DNA from: a virus
IMG/VR virus record: IMGVR_UViG_3300021134_000001
Span: 2,824-66,823 of that record
Direction: 5' to 3' (one strand)
Length of the DNA stretch: 64,000 nt
The notes beneath the pieces are model-generated. The model saw only the letters and a program-made list of their open reading frames with translations. It ran no database searches and was not told where the DNA came from. Below, piece after piece: positions 1 through 10,013 of this stretch. The translations under genes were made by a program, and so were the position numbers. How positions within the stretch are numbered: the first letter of the stretch is position 1; each line of letters begins with the position of its first letter.

Positions 1-133
1 TATAACTGGCGAGATTACTGGAATTAATATAATTAGATAATAACTGAATATCGATTATCGATTACTGGTTTATATTAACTAAATTAATATTATATAATAA
101 CCATTTCATATTAACTTAAAGGATAAATATATT

Positions 134-460
134 ATGAAAAACCAATTAACTGTAACTATTCAAAACGACAAATTCGTATTAACTGAAACTAAAATGGTTT
201 TAGAAACCAAAACAGTAGGTGAAACTGAAGATTTCAAAGAATTGAGCGAAATCGTAACTTCACTTGGCTATAAGAATGCTAAGTTTTCTGACGAAGCGAA
301 GATTTTCAAGGTTTCACTGATTAAGCGCATGAAAGCGCAAAACGACGTAAAACGTCAAGAACGTGAAGCTAAGAAAGCAGAACGTGTTGCCGCAGCGAAA
401 GCTCGCGTAGAAGCACGAATTGCCGCTCTTCAAGCTCGTCTTGGTAAGTTTGGCGAATAA
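134..460 (+). CDS. hypothetical early protein with basic coiled-coil C-terminus
   Basis: 108-aa ORF, AAAGGA RBS upstream. Confidence 0.75.
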   Translation: MKNQLTVTIQNDKFVLTETKMVLETKTVGETEDFKELSEIVTSLGYKNAKFSDEAKIFKVSLIKRMKAQNDVKRQEREAKKAERVAAAKARVEARIAALQARLGKFGE

Positions 461-463
461 TCA

Positions 464-515
464 GCATAACTGATGAGTCTTTAATAGACGAAACCGTAGT
501 GATACGGTCTTATGC
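464..515 (+). ncRNA. hammerhead ribozyme HH1 (type I), predicted cut after C509
   Basis: gcataa CTGATGA gtct-ttaat-agac GAAA ccgta-gtga-tacgg TC ttatgc; full core, three paired stems, GUC triplet. Confidence 0.95.
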
Positions 516-624
516 ACAAGTATAACATCGAGCCAGTGATCTGCAGAACGATGTAAAAGTAATCGAACTGATCCGTTTCGAGGACAACGTAAAAGTCCTC
601 TTTTATTCACAAAGGAGAAATCTT

Positions 625-1434
625 ATGAATGTAGTAAAAATGCCTCAATTAACGCGTGATGAGATTCTTGATGACTATTTAGTCGCTATGCAAGATATCG
701 AAGATCGTAGTATTATGGACCAATATGAATACGCTAAGTATCTCAAACGGGCGCATGATATGTTTGCTTTAGACGTTGGTAGACCTCGCAAAACAAATAT
801 TTCTAAAGAAATAATTAAATATGCCTCGTTTACTGAGTTCTGCAAAGCAGCTAATAAAAGTCAAGGCGCAGCCACAAACGCTGTTAAAGTGGTTGAAATG
901 CTTGGCATGGATGCAAATCTATCTCAAGTCAAATTAAGCTTTACTTCGTTAAGAGAATTAGCTTATCAATCTGATGAGATTAAAGAAGAGTTTCTTCCTA
1001 AAATCTTAGATGGTGAGAAAGTTAAAATTAAAGAAGTTCTGAAGAGTTTAACTAAACCTCAGCGTGAAATTGTTGCTGAAGCAGGCTATGAGCTTGATGA
1101 AGAAGAACGCACTGGAATGACAATTGAAGAAATTCAAGCTGATCATGAGCGTGCAGACGACTTTATTGCTAACGATTTACCACGCATTAAACAAGAAGCA
1201 AAAGATAATCGTAAAGCGACTTATCAAGAAGGTTTAGAAAAGTTAGACGATTATGTCGACGAAACTAAAGAAGTTCAAGAATGGTTATTCGCTATTATTA
1301 AGCAAATTCCATTGGATAAACAACCTGCAGTAAGCAAGAAAGCTCTGTATAGCACGTTCAATATATGCTATGATGGGGCATGCGCTGAAACAGACGTAGT
1401 AAATTTTATTGAAACAAACATTAACACTTATTAA
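625..1434 (+). CDS. hypothetical protein
   Basis: 269-aa ORF with AAAGGAG RBS. Confidence 0.75.
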   Translation: MNVVKMPQLTRDEILDDYLVAMQDIEDRSIMDQYEYAKYLKRAHDMFALDVGRPRKTNISKEIIKYASFTEFCKAANKSQGAATNAVKVVEMLGMDANLSQVKLSFTSLRELAYQSDEIKEEFLPKILDGEKVKIKEVLKSLTKPQREIVAEAGYELDEEERTGMTIEEIQADHERADDFIANDLPRIKQEAKDNRKATYQEGLEKLDDYVDETKEVQEWLFAIIKQIPLDKQPAVSKKALYSTFNICYDGACAETDVVNFIETNINTY

Positions 1435-1449
1435 GAAATAAACATTATT

Positions 1450-1878
1450 ATGAAAATCTCATCAACACAGATTAAGAAAATCGAAAAAGATTTAGCATCT
1501 AAATTTGACATCTCAACTGGTAACTTACGTAAGATTTTAACAGAAATCTACAACGTTACTGATCCTGACAAAGCAAAGAAAATCACATCACGTGCGATTC
1601 TTAAGAATCATCTTTGTGAAGTTAATCGTCCTCATAAGGAGAAGTATGATGACACAGGCGATGCTAAGTATTTAGCTAAGTGCTGGGGAATATTTCCATT
1701 AACTGGAACTGGTAACAAAGGTTCATACAAAGAAGAGCTAATGACATATTCAGAAGCAAAGCGTATTGGACAAAAGAAAGTAAACTTAAATGTGTTTACA
1801 GCACGACGTAAGACAAGTATTAGCAATATGACACGAGAAATCGATCGATCTATTGGATTACTTGATTACTTTGAATAA
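1450..1878 (+). CDS. hypothetical basic protein
   Basis: 142-aa ORF. Confidence 0.7.
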   Translation: MKISSTQIKKIEKDLASKFDISTGNLRKILTEIYNVTDPDKAKKITSRAILKNHLCEVNRPHKEKYDDTGDAKYLAKCWGIFPLTGTGNKGSYKEELMTYSEAKRIGQKKVNLNVFTARRKTSISNMTREIDRSIGLLDYFE

Positions 1879-1879
1879 C

Positions 1880-1928
1880 ATCTAACTGATGAGTCCGTAA
1901 GGACGAAACCACGAAAGTGGTCTTAGAT
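1880..1928 (+). ncRNA. hammerhead ribozyme HH2 (type I), cut after C1922
   Basis: atctaa CTGATGA gtcc-gtaa-ggac GAAA ccac-gaaa-gtgg TC ttagat. Confidence 0.96.
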
Positions 1929-1952
1929 TATTATTATTGAAAGGAAATTATT

Positions 1953-2465
1953 ATGAATAAGAAACTATATAACGGTTTTAACCGTGCAGGGATGGTAAGC
2001 GCCATCCATATGGAGTGTGATACCTCAAGCTTTACTTATAAGCTCAACGATGATGAACTCATCAAAGCGTTTAAAGAAATCTTCGCTGGCAATTCAAATA
2101 TGCTAGCCGTGGAGGACTTATAATGTTTGAAATGAAATACTTAATCATTATCATTGGACTTGTATATTTTAGTATCGGCGTGGATCAATATTTTAAAGGA
2201 TCCTTACCAAACTTAATCGTATACACTGGTTACGCATTTAGTAATATTGGTTTATTCTTATTAGCAAAGTGAAAAGGAAATGAATAAAGTGGAAATTCTC
2301 TGGTTTTTCGCCGCATGTGCGGTGTCTGTAATCTTGATTAGTGGGTATCTTATAAATATCTATAGATTGATAAAGATGAAAGAAGTAAATGGTCTTACAT
2401 TTACACGAGTATGCGGAATATTTATATTCCCTATTGGCGCTATTGTAGGATTTATATCTAACTGA
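1953..2465 (+). CDS. three small ORFs (1953-2123, 2123-2272, 2280-2465); the last two are hydrophobic, likely membrane proteins
   Basis: read by hand; RBS motifs and overlapping TAATG stop/start. Confidence 0.65.
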
Positions 2466-2504
2466 TGAGTCGGTAACGACGAAACCACGAAAGTGGTCTT
2501 AGAT
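2456..2504 (+). ncRNA. hammerhead ribozyme HH3 (type I), cut after C2498
   Basis: atctaa CTGATGA gtcg-gtaa-cgac GAAA ccac-gaaa-gtgg TC ttagat; compensatory C-G to G-C swap in stem II versus HH2. Confidence 0.96.
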
Positions 2505-2519
2505 TAAAAGGAAATTATT

Positions 2520-3181
2520 ATGAAAAACGATTTATTTACGATTGTCATTGACGATCAAACATACACTTCTGACGCATTCAGAGCCTTATGTAAATATCAC
2601 GATGTTGTGCTATCCATCTATTCTGATGGTATGCTTGACTCGTTAGTATCTCTATGGAATACAATTATGCCGATCTCAAAATCTGCTAAACTGCTATTCG
2701 ATGGAGAAGAGTCTAAAGGATTCAAGCGTAAGATCTCCTTCGCTTCGAATGACGACACCAATGCAGATGGTTGGTGTGCTGATCCACGCAACTCAAAAGG
2801 AAAATACTAATGGACTTCCATGACGATCCTTCCTTCTTTGAGATTCTCGTATGGACAGTGTTATTCGCTCTCCTTTTCGCTCTCTTGTATATGTGCATGA
2901 TGGTCACAGTTTACCATCTTTAATATAAAGGAAATATTATGACTGTAAAAGATACTATGATTTCTATGGCATTGACTCAACTTCATACATCACTTCACCG
3001 TATTTATGAGATATGGTTGGAAGTTGGTAATGGAGATATGAGCGTATTAGAAGCTCGTATGGACGAAGCACGTGATGAGTTTATGGCTCGCTCAAGTAAA
3101 TACCTGACTGAGCAAGAACAGACACGTTATTTCGTCAAAGCGTATGAAGATACGTTAATCGCTGTAATGAACGCAAGTTAA
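2520..3181 (+). CDS. small hypothetical early proteins (2520-2810, 2939-3181)
   Basis: ORFs each with AAAGGAAAT RBS. Confidence 0.7.
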
Positions 3182-3226
3182 ACTGATGAGTCCTCAATGG
3201 ACGAAACCGCTTCGGCGGTCTTTAAC
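3177..3226 (+). ncRNA. hammerhead ribozyme HH4 (type I), cut after C3220
   Basis: gttaaa CTGATGA gtcc-tcaat-ggac GAAA ccgc-ttcg-gcgg TC tttaac; UUCG tetraloop. Confidence 0.96.
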
Positions 3227-3248
3227 ATTTATTATAAAGGAAACTAAA

Positions 3249-3715
3249 ATGAGTAATACACCTAACATGTCTTATTGCATGTTTGAAAATACCGAAAGCG
3301 CACTTGAACAGTGTGTAGATGCTATGAGCGAAGCGTATGATGTAGAGTCGCTTGATATGAATGAGCATGAGCGTAGCGCGTTTTTGCGAATGAGAAATCT
3401 ATGTAAAGACTTCTTAGCATTTCATGACGAAATTTTAAACAACACAAAGGAAACATTATGAAAATGAAATATAAAGCAGCCTTTACGGCTTTGAAAAAAT
3501 TAGGATGTCCAGTATATGAGCACTCCGACGATAATGGCAACTTTAGCATTTCTGCTGAAGAGGCTACATCTTATCTATGGTGTGATTACTATGATGGATA
3601 CCGAATTCCCGATTGGGAGTTTGGTGTAAGTCCTAAGATTACAGAACTACTACGTTCTAAAGGTTTATTCGCAGAGTGGATGAACAGTGGGAGATTAGTT
3701 GTATATGAAATTTGA
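3249..3715 (+). CDS. two hypothetical proteins (3249-3461, 3458-3715)
   Basis: first start reassigned to ATG 3249 after AAAGGAAA RBS. Confidence 0.7.
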
Positions 3716-4310
3716 TTTATACGTAGCCACGCACGAGTTGCGTCCTGATTATTACTATGTTGGATGCCATAAACATTCAACTAGAGCGTACAACACAAGC
3801 GGTTGGCCTAGGAAACTATGGAAAGATAGTGGAATTCGCCCAACCATTAATGTTATCGCACAGATCGAAGTAGATGAAGATGATAATGTGAGTCCATATT
3901 TACTGGAAAGAGCGTTATTCGACTCGTTAAAGAACAGTGGCGTTAACTTGGATCAGCATCGTCCAAACGTTGGCAATCCATGGGTAACAAAATCTAATAC
4001 TATTGCTCGCGATCGTCTAACTAAAGGCGAACACTTCTTTACAAACAAAGAGGAGCGCTCAAAACATACAGATGCGTACCGAAATGGCGCTAAACTTGGC
4101 GCTAAAAATCAGCCACACTCTGTTCGAGTTGCACAAGGAAAGCGCGCAGGAAAAATCGCCAAAGAGTCGGGTCAACTGCGAAGTATTGCACCGCTTGGTG
4201 GCAAGAACGCCGCAAGACCTCAGCTCTGTTTAGAATGTCATCGCGTCTCACAGGCCGCTAAATGGTGGCATTATAAAAACTGCGAACATTTAATAAAAGT
4301 AGACATATAA
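3699..4310 (+). CDS. putative GIY-YIG-like homing endonuclease with Gly/Lys-rich DNA-binding repeats and C-terminal Cys/His finger
   Basis: LYVA...YYYVG near N-terminus, ESGQLRSIAPLGGK motif, CLEC...H...C tail. Confidence 0.5.
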   Translation: MYMKFDLYVATHELRPDYYYVGCHKHSTRAYNTSGWPRKLWKDSGIRPTINVIAQIEVDEDDNVSPYLLERALFDSLKNSGVNLDQHRPNVGNPWVTKSNTIARDRLTKGEHFFTNKEERSKHTDAYRNGAKLGAKNQPHSVRVAQGKRAGKIAKESGQLRSIAPLGGKNAARPQLCLECHRVSQAAKWWHYKNCEHLIKVDI

Positions 4311-4319
4311 AGGAATACT

Positions 4320-4736
4320 ATGACTGAACGATTTATTGTATTAAACCAAATCCGTACTCCTGATGGTACGATCTTACGCTCCATTAATCGACATGATTAC
4401 CGCACTTACATCGATAAGAATGGTAAGGAATATATGGTTGATGGTGGCACTGACTATCTTCGTCGTAACGTCCATGAAGACGCTCCATACGATGAGTTGT
4501 CTGTTTATTCTGACGATTCTTTCGATGTAATCAGGAGAAGTTTGCATTGGGGCACCTACGGTCCCAAAGGTGACCAAGCGAAGCGTTACGTTCCAATGGC
4601 TGAAATGTCAGACGATCACATTCGTGCGATCTTAGACACGCAGCCACAGGTGCAAGGCATTCTTCGCCAATGGTTTAAAGAAGAATTGAGATGCCGTGAA
4701 TGCGGTCTGTATGAATATGTAAAGGATACATTATGA
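4320..4736 (+). CDS. conserved phage hypothetical protein
   Basis: S..RHDY...VDGG.DYLRR motif typical of phage proteins. Confidence 0.7.
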   Translation: MTERFIVLNQIRTPDGTILRSINRHDYRTYIDKNGKEYMVDGGTDYLRRNVHEDAPYDELSVYSDDSFDVIRRSLHWGTYGPKGDQAKRYVPMAEMSDDHIRAILDTQPQVQGILRQWFKEELRCRECGLYEYVKDTL

Positions 4737-4960
4737 ACGTAAAAGATTTTGAAGTATTAAACCGCCGCTATGCGATCGACATTAATCGCTTTCGTGATGG
4801 ACAAGGATTGACAGTTGATCTATTCAACGCTCTTTTTGACTACTACTGCCAAGGCAATGAAATGCCTTATGGAGTGGCGAAGGCGAGAACAGGCGATCCA
4901 TATGAATGGATAGACTCTCACTTTGGAGATTTCTTAAAAGATTTTGACAACTCACCGTAA
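4733..4960 (+). CDS. hypothetical protein
   Basis: 75-aa ORF, MPYG.AKAR.GDPY motif. Confidence 0.7.
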   Translation: MNVKDFEVLNRRYAIDINRFRDGQGLTVDLFNALFDYYCQGNEMPYGVAKARTGDPYEWIDSHFGDFLKDFDNSP

Positions 4961-5030
4961 CTGATGAGCCGTGCATTCGGCGAAACTACTGTTGTGCAAA
5001 TCAATAACTTGCACGACAGTAGTCTTACGG
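4955..5030 (+). ncRNA. hammerhead ribozyme HH5 (type I, long stem III), cut after C5024
   Basis: ccgtaa CTGATGA gccg-tgcatt-cggc GAAA ctactgttgtgcaa...ttgcacgacagtag TC ttacgg. Confidence 0.95.
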
Positions 5031-5142
5031 CCACCGTTGGAGCCGCCATTACGGTAAACAACGACCTTGTATCAGTTGACTCCCTTTGTTGACGAAATAC
5101 GAGCGCTTTTGACAGGTTGAGCGGTAATCAATCTGTCCTGTA
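5025..5142 (+). ncRNA. putative 118-nt small RNA released by HH5 and HH6
   Basis: non-coding interval between two predicted cleavage sites; folds into three hairpins. Confidence 0.55.
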
Positions 5143-5188
5143 CATGGATGTGTGTCCATGCTGATGAGTTCTAAAGAACGAAACAGAC
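5135..5188 (+). ncRNA. hammerhead ribozyme HH6 (type III), cut after A5142 (GUA triplet)
   Basis: ctgT A catgga-tgtgtg-tccatg CTGATGA gttc-taaa-gaac GAAA cag; stems I and II closed, stem III open. Confidence 0.9.
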
Positions 5189-5207
5189 TTATTATAAAGG
5201 AAATAAA

Positions 5208-7498
5208 ATGGAATATACGAAACTTGAGGAACTGCAAGGCATTTTCTCTGATTTTCACAAAGATTACTACGGATTTAGACCACGCTTTGCTAGCGCTGAA
5301 GAGTGGAATAGCAAAGAATGGTTGCAATCGCAAATTGATAGCATTCATGATGCGATAAACTGTAGAGCTAAAACACCGCAAGGTAGAGCAGCACTACTCG
5401 CCGAAGGGTGGGTAATTAACGATGATATTATAAAGGAATAAATATTATGAAAGTATTAAACAATCCACAGGTGTATATGGAACCTGGCACTTACTACATT
5501 GGTGATTTATGCTACGTATTACAAGATTCATGGGATGAATTCTGTAAAATCACTATTAGTGGTGAGCAATGTCTTAGCGGCGGATTTAGGTTTGCTGATG
5601 GACGCGAATTCGTTTCATTTACCACTATCTATGGTGATGGCACTTATTATGACAAAGATGGTTTTCAATATCCAGTTGATGCAGGCTTAATTGGTTGCAT
5701 TAGAGTCCAAGATATGGACAATGTAGATATCGATGAAGCGTCTCACGATGGAAGAGTGCATGTATTTACTAAACCATTTATATGCGAAAAGGTTGATGGT
5801 GTCCTTTACTTTGGTAAAGTGGCCATCGATCTCGATCCAAGTGATTATAACGATGATGAAGAGGAGTATGACGATGAGTAAATTGTTAGAACAACTCGAA
5901 GAAGAGTTAGGACTTCCTGCATGGAAGATTTTAGAAATGCAAAGAGCAGAGATGGCTGATCCATCCGCTATGCGCATGAATTTTCTAAATGGTACGCTAT
6001 ACGCTACACATTACGCGTATAGTGATATCAATCCGTATGAAGTATTACGTGTTGTATCAGATAATTGCTTAGAAGTTCGCGCAATGCGACACGAAAACGA
6101 TCCAAATGACATGCCAACGTTTGTGCCAGGCGGCTTTAGCGTCATCTGCACTCACTTCGGCAGCCGTGTAATCACAGTCGATCCTAAAGGTAAAGTGTTT
6201 AAGATTCGCCGTACAAAGCGTAATCCTGAACGTTGGACATACAAAGGTATGCGCTTTGCATTAGACAAAGAGCCACGCGCTTACTACGATCACAACTTTT
6301 AATAAAAGGAATACTATGAAAATGAAACATGAAAGGCATGCTCAAAAGATGGCTGATGCCATGTATCTTAATTTTATGGAGAATTCCTTAGATTATGTTC
6401 GAGATTCGACAGCAACTAAGGATGGCTTCGACGATTTAGATGAGTATCTTAAAGTAGAAAACTATGCGATAACATTATTCGCAATTCAATTATTAAAGGA
6501 AATACATGATTATAAATAAACAAAGAACGGCCTCATGGGTCGCTACGCTTCCTACGCTCACCTCTGAAGAGGATAGGCTCGCTCTTGCAGCCATCAAGTC
6601 CACTGTAAAGTCGATCAACGACAACAATGCACGTGATGAGAAATGGCGCAAGCGTTTCGATAAACACTGTAATGAAGTTGGCTATCCTCGCTATCGTGTC
6701 ACCATTCGTGCTCGTGGGCCAGTCAATGGTTACAAGTACGGCTATGGTGGCTATTTGAAACTCGCTGGTGGTAGTCGTTTTGACATCTACATCCACGTGA
6801 GAGGGTAACATGCCTAAATTCAAAATCCCAAAGAAATACCAAAAGTATATCGATGAAGATTCGATTGACGTTTATCACGGTCTCGATAGTTCGACGTATT
6901 TTGTATGGTTACGCTATGGATATAGTTACGACTATGAAAATAGTGGTAGCCATAATCAAGGATACGACTCACTTAAAGAGGCGTTAGCTGGTCTTGAAGA
7001 CGTTTATCTCTGCAACTGCGCTGATTGCGCTAAAGAGCCGCGTGGCACTCCAGTAAAGGACCTAATGAATGCCTAAATTTGTCGTTTATGAAACTAAAGA
7101 GAATGGTAAGGATTATGTCCTTGCCACTGTCGAAGGTATGGCAGCTGCTATGAAAGAGCTGAAGCGCCGTAAGAAGTTGGTGAAAGAAACCTCTGTTGTC
7201 GGTATGCAAGACAAAGAGATTTACCTATTTATTAAAAAACATCAAGAAAAGGAAGCTAAGAAAAATGGCAACTAAACCAAACACAGTAAAGAAGCAAAAG
7301 AACGGTAACATTACTCGTAATGGTAAACCAAAAATTAAATCGTTAAGTGTTGCACAGATTCAAAAGCTAATCGATCAAGGAGCGCAAAAGAACGCGACAT
7401 CAAAGATCGGTAAGAAGATGGCGAAACTTAAGAATGCACTATGTGCTCGATTTAAGCCATTGATTGATAGCGATCCTATTGGTTTCCAACAAAGTTAA
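5208..7498 (+). CDS. cluster of small hypothetical early proteins (5208-5441, 5447-5881, ~5874-6302, 6316-6519, 6506-6808, 6810-7076, 7069-7275, ~7265-7498)
   Basis: tightly packed ORFs with AAGGA-type RBS. Confidence 0.7.
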
Positions 7499-7573
7499 AC
7501 TGATGAGTCCTTAATGGACGAAACAAGCGGTCACATATCCGACCAGGCGATAACGCTGCCGCTTGTCTTTAAC
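7494..7573 (+). ncRNA. hammerhead ribozyme HH7 (type I, insert in stem III), cut after C7567
   Basis: gttaaa CTGATGA gtcc-ttaat-ggac GAAA caagcgg...ccgcttg TC tttaac. Confidence 0.94.
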
Positions 7574-7621
7574 ACACGTATGGTATTCGCTATGCGTGAC
7601 TATATTATGAAAAGGAGATTT

Positions 7622-8458
7622 ATGAAAAGTAAAGAATTTACGCCAATGTTGGCGTCTGTATTTAAACCAGAAAAGTTGAAATTTCCTGCACTTGCATCGC
7701 GCAAATTGGACGGCATTCGCTGCATCGTTAGAGATGGCGTAGCGCTATCACGTAGCGGCAAGCCGATTCGCAATCAGTATATTCAAAGCGTCTTAGGACG
7801 TAAGGAATTCAATTGGTTGGATGGTGAGCTGATCGTTGGCGCGCCAAACGACCCAAAGGCGTTTTCCAACTCCACTTCAGGCGTAATGTCTGAAGATGGT
7901 GAGCCTGACTTCGTCTTTCACGTCTTTGACATCGCTGCTGAAGGCGCTGGCTTTGAGACTCGCTTAGCGGTTGCTAAAAGTATCGTTACGAAAGCAAAGA
8001 GCAAGCACTTGAAGATTGTCGAACACGTCAAGCTTACCTCACTAGGTGGCTTAGACATTATCGAAGAGAAGTGGTTGATGGAAGGATTTGAAGGTGTAAT
8101 GTTACGCTCTTTAGATGGCCCATACAAACTTGGTCGCTCTAGCGTAACTGAAGGTCACTTGTTGAAAGTGAAACGCTTTAGTGATGCGGAAGCCGAAATC
8201 ATTGGCTATGTCGAAGAGGTTACAACAAAAGATCGTACACCAAAGAATGCATTAGGTAAGTTTATTTGCCGTATGCCGAATGGTGTAGAGTTTGGCGTTG
8301 GTGGCGGCTTTAGTCGTGAAGAGCGTGAGAAATTTTGGAAGCAACGAAACAAAATGATCGGTCAAATCTGCAAGTACAAGTACTTTGAAGTAGGTATGAT
8401 CGAGGCTCCAAGATTCCCATCATTTATAGGTATTCGAGATAAGGAAGATATGTCATGA
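7622..8458 (+). CDS. ATP-dependent DNA ligase
   Basis: KLDGIR adenylation motif, LDGEL, EGVMLR, LLKVK, PRFP; start moved to ATG 7622 after AAGGAG. Confidence 0.93.
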   Translation: MKSKEFTPMLASVFKPEKLKFPALASRKLDGIRCIVRDGVALSRSGKPIRNQYIQSVLGRKEFNWLDGELIVGAPNDPKAFSNSTSGVMSEDGEPDFVFHVFDIAAEGAGFETRLAVAKSIVTKAKSKHLKIVEHVKLTSLGGLDIIEEKWLMEGFEGVMLRSLDGPYKLGRSSVTEGHLLKVKRFSDAEAEIIGYVEEVTTKDRTPKNALGKFICRMPNGVEFGVGGGFSREEREKFWKQRNKMIGQICKYKYFEVGMIEAPRFPSFIGIRDKEDMS

Positions 8459-8622
8459 AATACGTTATAGCGTTTGTAATTACCTTATTACTGAGCGCAT
8501 GTGGCACGACCACGTATACTTCTACACCATATTATGGATATTCATCATATCCACACTATTATTGCAGTTACTGTAGAGTATCACGTCCATACGTACGACA
8601 GTATTATCGTAGGTATTATTAA
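8455..8622 (+). CDS. small Tyr-rich lipoprotein
   Basis: MKYVIAFVITLLLSAC lipobox; 55 aa, read by hand. Confidence 0.6.
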   Translation: MKYVIAFVITLLLSACGTTTYTSTPYYGYSSYPHYYCSYCRVSRPYVRQYYRRYY

Positions 8623-8685
8623 TGGACCGCTTGGCAGACGCCAAGTGGCCAACTAGCCCATAACTAATTGATTATAAAGGATAAA

Positions 8686-9420
8686 ATGATAAATTTAGTA
8701 AATACTGACTGTTTAGAGCATTTAGCTTCGCTAGAAGATAACTCTATTGATTTGATAATCGCTGATCCTCCATATTTTATTGGATATGACGGCGGCAAAG
8801 GTTGGGATTCTGCTTGGGAAACTGAGCAAGACTATCTAGAGTGGTGTAATCTATGGACAACTGAATGTTCTAGAGTTCTGAAGCCTAATCGCATGTTAGC
8901 TGTATTTGGCACACTCAAGACAAATCTGTTCATTAAGTATAAACTTCAAACAGATGAAAACCCTCTATTGACTTCACAAAATGAGCTTATCTGGTCTTAC
9001 AACTGGGGTGGTAGAAGTAAAACAAACTTTGCGCGCAAACATGAATACGTATGGTGCTGGTCGAAAGGTGATAACTTTCTATTCAACGCTGATGCGGTTA
9101 GAATTGAACGCAAACAGAAGAGTAATCCAAGAACTGGTGAAGAGTATGCACAAGGCACAATTCCTACTTGTGTATGGGAAAAGAACAACCATACAATGAG
9201 TAAGGAGTTTTGTAAATGGCATCCTACTCAAAAGCCTGTAGAAATTCTCGATCGCATTATTCGAGGATACACTAACGAAGGTGACACTGTGCTTGATATC
9301 TTTAGCGGCAGCGGCTCAACAGCGATTGCGGCTACTAACGCCAAGCGTAACTTTAGCGGATGTGAACGCGATACTGACTACTTTGCGAAAAGTTTAGTTC
9401 GTATTCGTGAACTCACGTAA
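8686..9420 (+). CDS. DNA methyltransferase (N6-A/N4-C, beta class)
   Basis: ADPPY, HPTQKP, VLDIFSGSG motifs. Confidence 0.93.
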   Translation: MINLVNTDCLEHLASLEDNSIDLIIADPPYFIGYDGGKGWDSAWETEQDYLEWCNLWTTECSRVLKPNRMLAVFGTLKTNLFIKYKLQTDENPLLTSQNELIWSYNWGGRSKTNFARKHEYVWCWSKGDNFLFNADAVRIERKQKSNPRTGEEYAQGTIPTCVWEKNNHTMSKEFCKWHPTQKPVEILDRIIRGYTNEGDTVLDIFSGSGSTAIAATNAKRNFSGCERDTDYFAKSLVRIRELT

Positions 9421-9428
9421 GGAGTAAT

Positions 9429-9800
9429 ATGGCCGGACCTCAAGGTAAAGCTATGGCCGTAGGCTCGCATTGCGCTCGAAAGAACGTAAGCGTAGACGGC
9501 TTCACTAGGTATCCTGTGAAATCGCACAATCTCGAGCCATCAGGCGTTTACTTGAATAAAGTGAAAGCATGGATGCATGAGCATATGCCATGGGAAACGA
9601 AACAATGGGAAAAGAAGTTTGGTGTCAAAGAATGGTGGCAGATGGTCAAGATCGAAATGACTGACTACTGCTTTGGATTCGAGGGCAATCAGGCGACTTA
9701 TCTCTATATTAAATATAAAGGAGAGTTAGATGAATCTCAAGCGAAACCTCGTGGCGAAGTACGCGGCAAGATTCGCTACAAGCAAGCCGATTCTGAGTAA
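9429..9800 (+). CDS. hypothetical protein
   Basis: 123-aa ORF, AAGGAG RBS. Confidence 0.65.
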   Translation: MAGPQGKAMAVGSHCARKNVSVDGFTRYPVKSHNLEPSGVYLNKVKAWMHEHMPWETKQWEKKFGVKEWWQMVKIEMTDYCFGFEGNQATYLYIKYKGELDESQAKPRGEVRGKIRYKQADSE

Positions 9801-10013
9801 GAAGCAGAAGTTAAAGAGTCGTAAAGTAAAGCATAGGAAAAGATATGAATCCATTTGAAATGCTTGACTTAATTAGACGTACCCATCCTGATGGATATTG
9901 GCGCGCAAGGATTGCAACATATCTCGCAACGCATCGTTATACGATGAAGGAAGGTGCGGCTAATGAGTGGCGCAATGTTCCACCAGATGGATTACCTATA
10001 CAAGGAGAAAATC

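Noticed and set aside
971-978. CTGATGAG inside ORF 625-1434 as another hammerhead
   Set aside because: No stem II, no correctly placed GAAA and no stem III; it is coding sequence.
3186-3248. N-terminal extension of ORF 3186-3461
   Set aside because: The ATG is inside the HH4 core and has no RBS; ATG 3249 has one.
5067-5103. cttgtatC...GAAAtacgag as a tenth hammerhead
   Set aside because: Stem III-like pairing and GAAA are present, but the CUGANGA core is missing; treated as a hairpin of the excised RNA.
7514-7621. N-terminal extension of the ligase ORF
   Set aside because: Runs through HH7 and would be cleaved; ATG 7622 has AAGGAG.
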